From an uncultured Acidobacteriota bacterium (GTDB taxonomy: Bacteria > Acidobacteriota > UBA6911), in NCBI GenBank assembly GCA_963809485.1, contig CAWEJX010000007.1, positions 128,001-192,000 on the forward strand: DNA of 64,000 nt, read 5' to 3'. The translations under genes and the position numbers were made by a program. Shown here piece by piece: positions 39,030 through 48,737 of this stretch. The notes beneath the pieces are model-generated. The model ran no database searches. It was not told the origin of the DNA and worked only from the letters and a program-made list of their open reading frames with translations. Position 1 is the stretch's first letter; each line of letters opens with the position of its first letter.

Positions 39030-39461
39030 GTGAAAGAGGCATCTCGGTTCTTTAAAGTCCTTGCCGATGAAGCGCGGCTAAAAATGCTCTGGCTGCTGTT
39101 TAACCATCGGGAGCTCTGTGTTTGCGACATTATGGCCGCACTGGAAATCACTCAGTCCAAAGCCTCCCGGCACCTCGCCGCTCTGCGAAACGCCGGCCTG
39201 GCGACGGATCGAAAGGAAGGATTGTGGTCCTATTACTCGCTCCGCCCAGCTGAAGACGAGCTTGTAGAGGCGCACCTGACGCTTCTACGGACGAGTCTCT
39301 CTAAACGCCCGGATGCGAAACACCTGCTGGTGAAGCTCAACGCATGGTTAAAGGTGAAGCAAGGCGGCGAGACGTGTCCCCAAAACAACAATCGGGTTCA
39401 CGCCACGAAGAACGCTAAAAGCGGTTTTGTGCAAATATCCCTTACTGGAGGTTCTCGATGA
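39030..39461 (+). CDS. arsR: ArsR repressor
   Basis: [17 protein letters not shown] and SKASRHL motifs; heads the acr3-arsC operon. Confidence 0.9.
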   Translation: MKEASRFFKVLADEARLKMLWLLFNHRELCVCDIMAALEITQSKASRHLAALRNAGLATDRKEGLWSYYSLRPAEDELVEAHLTLLRTSLSKRPDAKHLLVKLNAWLKVKQGGETCPQNNNRVHATKNAKSGFVQISLTGGSR

Positions 39462-40546
39462 GTAATAAATCCGCTGTTGCTCCAGCTGCAGAACATGCAG
39501 GCGTTGCGAAGCGACTTTCATTTCTGGACCGTTATCTGACACTTTGGATTTTCCTCGCCATGATCGTAGGTGTCGGGGCTGGGTATCTATTTCCCGGAAT
39601 AGTTCCCTTTCTAAATAAATTCAGCGTGGGAACGACATCCATCCCGATAGCCATTGGCCTCATTCTTATGATGTATCCGCCTCTCGCCAAGGTGCGCTAT
39701 GAGGAAATGGGACCCGTTTTCCGCAACACCAAAGTGCTTGGGCTGTCCCTTGTGCAGAACTGGGTTATCGGCCCAATCCTGATGTTTGCCCTTGCCGTGC
39801 TTTTCCTGCGCGACAAGCCCGAATACATGGTCGGCCTGATTATGATCGGCCTGGCTCGCTGCATTGCCATGGTTATCGTCTGGAACGATCTGGCAAAGGG
39901 AGACACGGAGTACTGCGCCGGTCTGGTTGCCTTCAATTCGATCTTTCAGGTCTTCTTGTATTCAGTCTATGCATACGTTTTCATCACCGTTTTGCCGACC
40001 TGGTTTGGATTGAAGGGTGTAGCGGTGGACATAACCATCGGCGAGATTGCCAAGAGCGTCTTTATTTATCTGGGGATACCGTTCATTGCCGGCATGATCA
40101 CGCGTTACACGCTTATTAAGGCGAAAAATAAGCAGTGGTACCACGAGAAGTTTATTCCGAAAATCAGCCCTATTACGCTCATCGCCCTGTTATTTACGAT
40201 TGTTGTGATGTTCTCACTTAAGGGCGAAACCATCGTGCAGCTGCCGTTTGATGTAGTTCGTATTGCAATCCCGTTGCTCATATACTTTTTGCTGATGTTT
40301 TTCATCTCATTCTTTATGAGCAAAAAGGTTGGCGCCACTTACGGCCAGGCGGCGACGCTTTCTTTTACAGCAGCATCCAACAACTTTGAACTTGCTATCG
40401 CCGTCGCGGTTGCCACTTTCGGCATCCAGCACGGCGGGGCCTTTGCTGCGGTTATCGGTCCCCTTGTTGAGGTTCCGGTACTTATTGGCCTGGTCAATGT
40501 TTCGCTGTGGCTGGGGCGAAAGTACTATGGGAGGAAGGACCTTTAA
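39458..40546 (+). CDS. acr3: Arsenite efflux transporter Acr3
   Basis: [42 protein letters not shown] and GPLVEVPVL motifs. Confidence 0.95.
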   Translation: MSNKSAVAPAAEHAGVAKRLSFLDRYLTLWIFLAMIVGVGAGYLFPGIVPFLNKFSVGTTSIPIAIGLILMMYPPLAKVRYEEMGPVFRNTKVLGLSLVQNWVIGPILMFALAVLFLRDKPEYMVGLIMIGLARCIAMVIVWNDLAKGDTEYCAGLVAFNSIFQVFLYSVYAYVFITVLPTWFGLKGVAVDITIGEIAKSVFIYLGIPFIAGMITRYTLIKAKNKQWYHEKFIPKISPITLIALLFTIVVMFSLKGETIVQLPFDVVRIAIPLLIYFLLMFFISFFMSKKVGATYGQAATLSFTAASNNFELAIAVAVATFGIQHGGAFAAVIGPLVEVPVLIGLVNVSLWLGRKYYGRKDL

Positions 40547-40956
40547 TGCCCAAAGGCATTCTCTTTTTGTGCGTTGCAAATTCAGCCCGCAGTCAGATGG
40601 CCGAGGGAATTGCGCGCTCTCTTGCGCCGACTGGAGTGAAGATCTGGTCGGCTGGCTCTCGCCCGACGAGTGTTCGCCCCGAGGCCATCGCGGTACTCAG
40701 GGAAATCGGGATAGACATTTCAGGCCATCGTTCAAAAGCGGTGGCCGAGATCCCTGCCTCCGAAGTTGATACGGTGATCACTCTTTGTGCGGAAGAGGAG
40801 TGTCCGGTTTTTCTGGGAAAAGCTCAACGGCTGCACTGGGGATTGCCAGATCCTGCAGCCGTCGTTGGCTCCGAAGAAGAGATCCTGACGGCGTTCAGGA
40901 AAATGCGCGATGAATTGTCCCGACGTATTACAGCTTTCCTGAAGGAGAATTGTTGA
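40546..40956 (+). CDS. arsC: Thioredoxin-type arsenate reductase (LMW-PTP fold)
   Basis: LFLCVANSARSQMAEG, TLC...CP and HWGLPDP motifs; start MPKGIL. Confidence 0.9.
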   Translation: MPKGILFLCVANSARSQMAEGIARSLAPTGVKIWSAGSRPTSVRPEAIAVLREIGIDISGHRSKAVAEIPASEVDTVITLCAEEECPVFLGKAQRLHWGLPDPAAVVGSEEEILTAFRKMRDELSRRITAFLKENC

Positions 40957-42255
40957 TGAAGGATTGGAAAAAATTCGCATGGTTGGTTGGGATATTTCTG
41001 GTTGCCTATTATATCCCGCTCGGAAATCCGAAGGTTCACTAATGCCATTCTCGAATCCTTCCGGCTTCTGCAATGGTATGCGGTAAACCATACTCTCGCC
41101 TGCGTGGTTCCAGCCATGTTCATCGCGGGCGCGATCTCCACATTCATGTCTCAGGCTTCAGTGATGCGCTATCTCGGCCCAAATTCCAACCGCACGCTGG
41201 CTTACGGCGTCGCTTCCGTGTCGGGGACAGTCCTTGCGGTGTGTTCCTGCAGCGTTCTGCCCATGTTCGCGGGAATTTATGCGATGGGCGCAGGGCTCGG
41301 TCCGGCGAGCGCATTTCTATATTCGGGGCCGGCCATCAATGTCATGGCGATATTTCTTTCTGCACGAGTTCTGGGCTTCGACCTTGGCGTAGCCCGAGCC
41401 GTCGGCGCAGTGGTTTTCGCAGTTGTCATCGGACTGTTTATGGCGATTGCATTCCGTGTCGCCGATCAACGAAGGGTCAGCGAAATGCATTTGCCGGATG
41501 CACCGCCAAATCCGCGGCCGCTATGGAAGACCACGCTTTATTTTCTATGCATGATCCTCTTCCTGATCTTCTCCGACTGGTATAACACCAACGATGTGAC
41601 CCTGACCATGAAGGACGGGAAGACGATCAGCGCCAATATCCGTTACTCAACACAGGACAACCTGGATATTCAGGAATATCAGCCGGATGGCCAGTTATCA
41701 ACCGAGGTTCGGCGGATCGACAGGCAGAATATTGCCTCCATTGAGCCGGTGCCGGGTTTTACAATGACCGTTCACGGCATTAAATGGTATCTCGCCGGCG
41801 CGATGGGCCTTCTGGTGCTGCTCATGTTGTGGAAATGGTTTTCTCACGATGAAGTGAAGCAATGGATGCAGGCAACCTGGGACTTCGGATTGATGATAGT
41901 ACCGCTCTTATTCGGAGGCGTGTTCCTGACCGGATTTATAGGCGCGCTGATCCCGGAACGGGCGGTCGCGGTCTTTGTCGGTGGCAATAGCCTGATCTCA
42001 AATTTCATCGCTGCTTTTGTCGGAATGATCTGGTACTTCGCCACGCTGACAGAAATCCCAATCGTCGAAATGCTGATGCGCCTGGGAATGGGCAAGGGAC
42101 CGGCTCTGGCACTTTTGCTGGCTGGGCCTGCGCTCTCCTTGCCCAGCATCTTTGTCATCTACAAAATCATCGGCGGTAAAAAGACATTTGTGTTCTGTTC
42201 GCTGGTGGTGGTCATGTCCACGGTTGTAGGTTTCCTGTTTGGTATGATGCGTTAG
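40956..42255 (+). pseudogene. ArsP/DUF318 permease with a +1 frameshift near 41033 (or sequencing error)
   Basis: ATG 40956 overlaps the arsC stop and reads MKDWKKFAWLVGIFLVAYYIPLGNPKV before stopping; the +1 frame continues TNAILESF. Motifs VCSCSVLP, YFATLTE and GKGPALALLL are present. Confidence 0.82.
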
Positions 42256-42269
42256 GGAGGAGGTGTAAC

Positions 42270-42521
42270 ATGAAGATCAAGGTCCTGGGCACCGGATGCC
42301 CGAAATGCAAGAAGCTGTATTCCGAGGCTGAAAAGGCCATTGCCTCGTCGGGCGTGAAAGTCGATCTGGAAAAGGTCGAGCAGATCACCGAAATTATTAG
42401 ATACGGCGTGATGTCAACCCCCGGCCTGGTCATCGACGAAGAAGTCAAAGCGAGCGGGCGTATTCCCAAAAGCGAAGAGATCGTCTCATGGATTAAGACG
42501 GCTGCAAAAAGCGGCGATTAA
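42270..42521 (+). CDS. Small redox-active disulfide protein (MTH895/ArsE-like thioredoxin)
   Basis: KIKVLGTGCPKC and YGVMSTPGLVID motifs. Confidence 0.9.
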   Translation: MKIKVLGTGCPKCKKLYSEAEKAIASSGVKVDLEKVEQITEIIRYGVMSTPGLVIDEEVKASGRIPKSEEIVSWIKTAAKSGD

Positions 42522-42560
42522 ACTCTGTGTCACTGTAACCTCATTCCATAGGAATCTGCC

Positions 42561-43019
42561 ATGGCGAACGATCCCAATAACGAGCTTAAGCTGACAATAG
42601 ACAAGTTTATCTTTCGGTTTCCCAAAACGCTGCTATACAGCGAAGCCGGACTGTGGATCAGGCAAGAGCACGGTTTGCTCCGGATAGGAATATCCGACTT
42701 TACACAGCAGAGAAACGGCGATATCACATTTGCCACCGTGACAGCGGCAGGAACCTCACTGAATGTAGGTGATGAAATAGCCAGTATCGAAACGGTGAAG
42801 GTCATTTTCAGCCTTCCGTCTCCAATGAAGGGTAAAATCGTTGAAGTCAACGCATCCCTCCAGGATTCCCCCGAGCTAATGAACCAGGAACCCTACGGCA
42901 TGGGTTGGATGGTCGTCCTGCAGCCTGAAGACCTGGAACGCGATCGCGCTACACTCATGACAGCCGAGGCATATTCCAATCTGGCCAGACAGCAAGCCGA
43001 AGCTGAACTGAAGTCTTAG
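42561..43019 (+). CDS. Stand-alone glycine cleavage H-like lipoyl carrier
   Basis: RIGISDF, IETVK (lipoyl Lys), SPMKGKIVEVN and NQEPYGMGW motifs. Confidence 0.88.
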   Translation: MANDPNNELKLTIDKFIFRFPKTLLYSEAGLWIRQEHGLLRIGISDFTQQRNGDITFATVTAAGTSLNVGDEIASIETVKVIFSLPSPMKGKIVEVNASLQDSPELMNQEPYGMGWMVVLQPEDLERDRATLMTAEAYSNLARQQAEAELKS

Positions 43020-43103
43020 CAACTAATTCAAGTGGATCCGGATTACATTCCGGACAACTTGATTCCAGTCACACCTACAACGATATTGCAGTGAGGTACG
43101 CCG

Positions 43104-43562
43104 ATGGCACGCACCGCAACCTATAACACAACAGTTCAGTGGAAAGGTGAACACTGGGGCCATATCCAAATGGGGAACGGCCCTGAAATGGATTTCTCAG
43201 CCCCGCCGGACGCTCAAGGTCACCCAGGCGTACTCACGCCCGAAGATGCCTTCGTGGCTGCGGTCAACACATGTGTCCTGATGATGTTCATCTGGTCGGC
43301 CGAACGATTTAAATTGGACCTTGTATCTTACGAGTGCTTCGCAGAGGGCACAAAACTGATAGAGCTGGATCGCACTGAAATATTCTCTCAGGTTTTATTG
43401 AAGCCGCGAATCGTGGTGAATTCAGAGCAAACGGACAAGGACGCAGTTTCTAAGAGGCTGCGGAGAGCTATGGACAGCGCGGTGAAGTACAGCCTTGTGG
43501 CAAATTCAATCAAATCAAAGCTTGTCATTGAGCCACAAATTGAAATCGTTTCAAAGCAATAG
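43104..43562 (+). CDS. OsmC/Ohr-family protein
   Basis: FSAPP...TPEDAFVAAVNTC; the second conserved Cys position reads KYSLVANS. Confidence 0.8.
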   Translation: MARTATYNTTVQWKGEHWGHIQMGNGPEMDFSAPPDAQGHPGVLTPEDAFVAAVNTCVLMMFIWSAERFKLDLVSYECFAEGTKLIELDRTEIFSQVLLKPRIVVNSEQTDKDAVSKRLRRAMDSAVKYSLVANSIKSKLVIEPQIEIVSKQ

Positions 43563-43589
43563 ATATGTATAGAAGCGTAATGAAAGGAG

Positions 43590-43883
43590 CTTTCCAGGAT
43601 ATTCGGTCTTTATCCGATCATCGGTATATTTCGGCGCGAATCCGACGAACGGTGGTATTTGTCAACAAAACTCACCTTTGGAACGATATCGGCATTGTAT
43701 GGCTTCTCGCATAATATTGTAACTCAGCAGCAGTATTCTATTCTTGTTGCGGTGGTAATTGGCAGCGCCGTTATTCCCACATTGACTGCCGGGCTTTTCT
43801 TTTTGCCTCGCTATCTTCTGCCCGTGACAGAACAAACGAAGGAATCGATACCTGTTGAAGAGGAGCTAAACGAAGAGGGATAG
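43590..43883 (+). pseudogene. C-terminal remnant of a cation:proton antiporter
   Basis: IFGLYPIIG...ERWY.STKLTFGTISALYG...QYSILVAVVIGSAVIPT; no 5' part present. Confidence 0.6.
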
Positions 43884-43967
43884 CAAATCACCCGCATTGC
43901 GGATTGAGGCTGAGCTTTTTGGGCGATGGAATAGGGAACATATGGCGCGACGGGCACATTCGTTTTT

Positions 43968-44897
43968 CTAGCCTGCAAAATATTCTCTGATGTAGCTTAT
44001 TGCCAGGAACAACAACATAACCACCAACATCACTTTAATAAATCTCTGCGGCATGTATTTCTGAAGCCGGGCTCCGCAATACATCCCCACCATGCCGCCC
44101 AGGCCGAAAAGAATTCCAAGCAGCCAGTCGGGAGAGGTGGAGATGCCTTGTTTCAACGGCACAAAGGTGTAGAAAAGGACGCCGGCCATTGAGGTCAGAA
44201 AAGTTCCAAAGAGCGCTGCGCCGGCAATCATGTAAACCGGAAGGCCCAGGAAAGCCACGCAAAAAGGTGCGATTATCGAGCCTCCTCCAATTCCGTATGC
44301 GCCTCCGACGATGCCCACAAGAAATGCCATAACCAGCATTTTGGGAGTGGCGAAGGAAAAGCTGTTCCCGCAGAATTCATATTCCGTCTTCTTTGCCGAG
44401 AAGGAGATGGTTCGGAGATTCACCGGAATTCCAATCATCCGGGCTATGCTTGGGACTTCGTTCTGCCCAATATCTCCGCCATTTTTGGCCTTCGTCATGG
44501 CATCCAGCGCAAGTCGCACGCCCACATATAGGAGAACGCAGGCGACAAACAATCTGAATGATCGAGGATCTGGGAGATATACAACCCGAAAATAGTAGCC
44601 CAGGAATATCCCCGGAAGAGTTGATAAAGCCAGGAGCCAGGCAAGATGCCATGCCATGCGTCCTTCACGGATATAGCGATAGACGCCGCTCGGAATGGCC
44701 ACAATGTTATAGACGAAATTGGTAGCGCTGACGGATGGGGTAACGAAATGCAGATAACTGATCTGAAATGGCAACAGGAGAAAGGCTCCGGAAACTCCTC
44801 CCATCGAGGCAAAGAAGGAAACCACAAAAGCCACGAGAGGCGGAAGGAAAACCCAGGTCGTCACTCCGGATACCGGAAAGCTTATTTGCAGATCCAT
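43968..44897 (-). CDS. TauE/SafE-family sulfur-compound transporter
   Basis: SMGGVSGAFLLLP and GGAYGIGGGSIIAP repeats; PDWLLG motif. Confidence 0.9.
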   Translation of the reverse strand: MDLQISFPVSGVTTWVFLPPLVAFVVSFFASMGGVSGAFLLLPFQISYLHFVTPSVSATNFVYNIVAIPSGVYRYIREGRMAWHLAWLLALSTLPGIFLGYYFRVVYLPDPRSFRLFVACVLLYVGVRLALDAMTKAKNGGDIGQNEVPSIARMIGIPVNLRTISFSAKKTEYEFCGNSFSFATPKMLVMAFLVGIVGGAYGIGGGSIIAPFCVAFLGLPVYMIAGAALFGTFLTSMAGVLFYTFVPLKQGISTSPDWLLGILFGLGGMVGMYCGARLQKYMPQRFIKVMLVVMLLFLAISYIREYFAG

Positions 44898-44958
44898 TCA
44901 TTCCCCCGAGAATTTGTCCCCGTTCAGTTTTTCCGCGGCAGGCTCAGATTAAACCGCT

Positions 44959-45753
44959 TTATAGAGGGCTCTTTTGCCTGATTGCCTCCAGTACTCCAAG
45001 CGCAATTCGCCTCGGCCGCTCCGCGATACCAGTAGTTTTCGATGGTTCACCGCGAGGATCCACTTCGATGACTTTGGCTTTCTGTGCCACCGGCACTCCG
45101 TCGTGCGTAAGCCCGCGAATTATTCCGCTGATTGGGGCATGCAGAATGGAATCTCCAATATTGGCAACCTTCTGACCCGCTGTAACCCTATCGCCGATCC
45201 GGCATGTCGTCTGAAAGACGCCGGCGACTGGTGCATATATATAGCGATCTCGAGCGTGTCCTGCTATTGTCTGCGGTTCACCCTCTAATGGGCGGGTTGC
45301 TCCCTGCCATAGAACCTTTCCTAGCGCCTCGTTCCATCCGGTTTCCACGGCAGCATGGACTGTTTCTCCGGCAATGAAATTGGGGCCCAGGCCCACGGTG
45401 AATGGCGCCAGGGTAATCTGTATCTCGGGCTGTTCATGCTTTTTCATCCTGGCATCCACTAATACATCAGGCCTAATAGAAGAAATCAGAGTTGCCAAAT
45501 CGATCGAGACTATAGGTATGAGGGCATGCAACGCCATGTGTGCGGTGATTTCGGAGAGATCGGTCATATACTTGGCGTTCACTCCCTCCAGCACGGCAAC
45601 GCCATCGAATATCGCATCGCAAAAGGCCATTTTGCGTCGAGTAGCCGTTGGCTGCGCCGAATCATGAATGAAGACCGCATATCCAGCTCTAAATAGCATA
45701 TGCGCAACAGCAGACCCGACATCACCACTTCCACATACAAGAATTGTTTTCAT
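44959..45753 (-). CDS. YqeB-like selenium-dependent Mo-hydroxylase accessory protein
   Basis: GSGDVGSAVA, RRKMAF, DARMKK, GLGPNF, VET and KVIEVDPRG motifs; start MKTILV. Confidence 0.8.
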   Translation of the reverse strand: MKTILVCGSGDVGSAVAHMLFRAGYAVFIHDSAQPTATRRKMAFCDAIFDGVAVLEGVNAKYMTDLSEITAHMALHALIPIVSIDLATLISSIRPDVLVDARMKKHEQPEIQITLAPFTVGLGPNFIAGETVHAAVETGWNEALGKVLWQGATRPLEGEPQTIAGHARDRYIYAPVAGVFQTTCRIGDRVTAGQKVANIGDSILHAPISGIIRGLTHDGVPVAQKAKVIEVDPRGEPSKTTGIAERPRRIALGVLEAIRQKSPL

Positions 45754-45755
45754 AT

Positions 45756-45898
45756 CAGTGCTGTCCAAATTGGCCCATTGGAAGCAGAGGGCTCATTGAA
45801 AGCATTCAACTCGTGGCTCATGAAGTGCCCCTGCAAGGACGAGGTTGGCACCAAGCCCCGGCAGGGGCGGAAATCGAAAGCTAATTTGGACAAGAGTG
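45756..45898 (+). mobile_element. MITE-like element, short copy
   Basis: Imperfect 18-bp terminal inverted repeats CAGTGCTGTCCAAATTGG / CTAATTTGGACAAGAGTG; nearly identical to both ends of 59307-59626 in reverse orientation. Confidence 0.75.
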
Positions 45899-45932
45899 TT
45901 TTCATATGGCAACATCATAAGCCGTCAATTCA

Positions 45933-46675
45933 TTAATCATGAGGAATCCGGAACAGTGCACCCTCTGGGAGTCCGACTATAACTCCGGTCTGACCGTTCG
46001 CAAAGCCAAAAGCTTCAACCGTTCGCTGAGCTGCAAAGAGCTCAAGCACAAGCGGCGACGATTCATGACTAAATTGGATGAGCCATCTTCCTCTGAAATC
46101 AAACAGCCGAATCTGCCCGGTCAACAGGTGCTCATCAGGCTTTGGGGGATGAGCCTCATCGCCCAAATTCACATGCTCTGCAAGAATGCCCACAGTCACG
46201 GCAGATGATGCTGCCGGATCATTCCCCGATTTTGGGAAGCGTGCCGTCAAGCCTATCGTTGGACAATTGACTATCAGAGAATCGTTATCCCGGCCAACTA
46301 CAATTCCATCCCACAAATTGCTTATTCCAAGAAAACGGGCGACCGCATTTGTGGCCGGGCGGCTGTACACTTCAGCCTTATGACCCGTCTGTTTGATTTC
46401 TCCATCAATTAGGATGCTGATCGTATCAGCCAGAAAATAGGCTTCCGTCAGATTATGAGTGACGAGCAGCACCGTGAGTCCATGCCGGGTTTGCAGTTCC
46501 CGCATGAGCCACCATAGCCGGTCACTGCCACCTCGACCCTAATTCCGGTCTCGGATTCAAATCTCTTTTGTGTTTCACCCCAAAGGGGAGTCATGGTCAT
46601 GCCCCCAATAACGGCAATCCGCATCGGCTTTGATTCCAGGGCGAAAAGAATTACTGCGGCAACACCTGCAATCAT
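45933..46675 (-). pseudogene. Deleted oxyanion (tungstate/molybdate-type) ABC operon: binding-protein 5' end fused to ATPase 3' end
   Basis: 46675-46510 encodes MRIAVIGGMT..RFESETGIRVEV. 46505-45933 encodes LLVTHNLTEA, VARFLG and a TOBE-like tail, with no Walker A motif. Confidence 0.7.
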
Positions 46676-46794
46676 TAACCGGTTACGCGTGCATAGCTTT
46701 TCAGATATGGAACAGAATACAAACTTAGCTCTCGCAGACGCCCTTACGCAGGACTTGACAAGCAGAAGGACTGCCAGAATGCATTCCCTCCAGC

Positions 46795-47667
46795 CTACAC
46801 TCTCACAATCTCACCGGTCTCACTTGCATCATAACCGGGAAGCTCACTGATTAATCGACGATGCGGCCGGCTTTGCAGCAATCGGATCAGCCCAAGTATG
46901 CGCGGATCACGTGCCAGGACTTCGGAGTAGCAGATATCCAACATCTCTGTGCGCACGGGCACGAAATGCAGTCCGGCGTTCTCAGCTGTCAGTTGCACGC
47001 AGACGCCGGCTGAGGCCCAGCCCGCCCGTACCGCTTCCGCTACCGCAATATGACCATGGACAGGCTTTCCGGAGGCCGGTTGGCCGCCGAGCAATTCATC
47101 AAGGCATTCCCGTGCCGCTGAGCCCTGTTCACGAAGAGCCCATTGCCGGCATCGCCGAACGATGGTCGATGGAGTGTGCGACCGATCCCTGACCGGTATT
47201 GCTAAGCCCTCCTGCCATTTTGCAGCACGAAGCAGACGATAATTGCCACCCAGTCGCTCCCGGACCGTTTCAAGATTTCTTCCGGGATGTTTAGAAGTTG
47301 AGCGATGCAATCCTGCCAGGTATACCAGGCCTCGTTTCAATAATTCCAGAGCTGCACCCCCGCCACGCTCAATCACAAGCAGGCGAAATCCGGTATCTCT
47401 TTCGTACTCCGAGGCGAGAAGCCCGGCCGCCGGATCGAAACAAGCCAGCACCAGCGCTTCCTCTGCCATCGCCCCGCCGGAGTCATGTGCGGCGCCTCTC
47501 TGCCAGACGCCATCGTGTGGAGTGTCATTCAGCCAGATGCCGGAGCGGTTTTGGGATGCAACCCGGAAAATGGCCCGCCGCACGGTTGGCAAGCATGGAC
47601 CTTTCGTGTTGGGGCGAATGATGCTAGGCTCATGATCATGGCAGGATATCGGATTTTCGTTCAGCAT
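46795..47667 (-). pseudogene. Molybdate-binding PBP-domain regulator, apparently lacking its N-terminal HTH
   Basis: ACFDPAAGLL, ALELL..G.V.LAGLH, REQGSAAR, HIAVAEAVRAG and LPGYD motifs; no recognisable HTH. Confidence 0.65.
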
Positions 47668-47763
47668 TTTGGGGGAAGCAAATTACAGTTGGTTTCGAGA
47701 CGGCGAGGATTGAGTCGAAATTTTGACAACATCAGTTTTCTTCTTTTGTACGACTGATAGGGA

Positions 47764-48375
47764 ATGAACGTGAAGAAATCACCGGAGCGACCGATTTCGT
47801 CTGAAACATGTGTTCAATGGCAGGAAGTGCTTCAAAAGCGACACATTATCGCAGCTGTCCGAAACCTGGAAGCTTTAGCAGCAGCCGCAAAATCGGTAAC
47901 TGAGACTGTCTATCTCCTCTTTGGAAACCCATTAAATGTCGCAGATCTCCTCCAATCTCTGCGAAAACAAGGAAAACTCCCACTGGTTAATCTTGATCTA
48001 TTAACAGGGTTTTCCCGGGATGCCATTAATGCCGAATACTTGGCATTTTGCGGCGCTGCCGGAATTGTATCTACTCATCACGAGGTAATTCGAGCGGCTC
48101 ATAAGCGAGGTTTAATTGCTGTTCAGCGCACCTTTGCGTTGGATTCATCCGCCATCGAAGCAGGACTTCGGGCTTTAAGTCAGTTCGTCCCCGATGCAGT
48201 AGAGATACTCCCGGCGGTAGCGGCGCCACGAGTTGTAGCCCGTTTTCGGGAGGCGCACCCTCAGCTTCGTATAATAGCGGGGGGGCTGATCTCCGATTTG
48301 AAGGAAGTTGAGTATTTGCTGGGAACCGGTATCGACGCAGTCTCAGTAAGCGATCCCCGCTTTTGGATCGCGTGA
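47764..48375 (+). CDS. glpP: Glycerol-3-phosphate-responsive antiterminator
   Basis: IIAAVRN, LVNLDLLTG, GIVSTH, VQRTFALDS, PDAVEILP and IIAGGLI motifs. Confidence 0.88.
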   Translation: MNVKKSPERPISSETCVQWQEVLQKRHIIAAVRNLEALAAAAKSVTETVYLLFGNPLNVADLLQSLRKQGKLPLVNLDLLTGFSRDAINAEYLAFCGAAGIVSTHHEVIRAAHKRGLIAVQRTFALDSSAIEAGLRALSQFVPDAVEILPAVAAPRVVARFREAHPQLRIIAGGLISDLKEVEYLLGTGIDAVSVSDPRFWIA

Positions 48376-48737
48376 GCTTCATTCGCGGGTGACAGTATTG
48401 GGAATTACCTTCTGTATTCAGACTCTTAAAACCTGTTTAGCCCTCCCAAACTTGAACGCCTTTCCAATCTTCGGGAACTGCAAATGAAATCATAGGAAAA
48501 ACATAGATCGGCGCCTTAGTTCACGAGCACCCGCAAATTATCGAACTGCGCCTCAACAGCCTGCAGAGCATCGATACTAGCGTGAGTGTCTATAAGGACC
48601 AGATAGCACATACCTGCCTCCTCCAGATGGTTGTCCCCCTGGTGCCCGGGGACGCGAAGCGCTAATTCCCTATTGGGGATTCCAAAAAACCCATGATTTC
48701 TTGGGTGTTGCTTCGGCTGCTTATTTGGTATTACAGG

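Noticed and set aside
27906-43562. Selenocysteine recoding in the rhodanese, DGC, ArsC, thioredoxin or OsmC genes
   Set aside because: The ORFs are full length with Cys or Ser codons at the motif positions; no in-frame TGA was seen.
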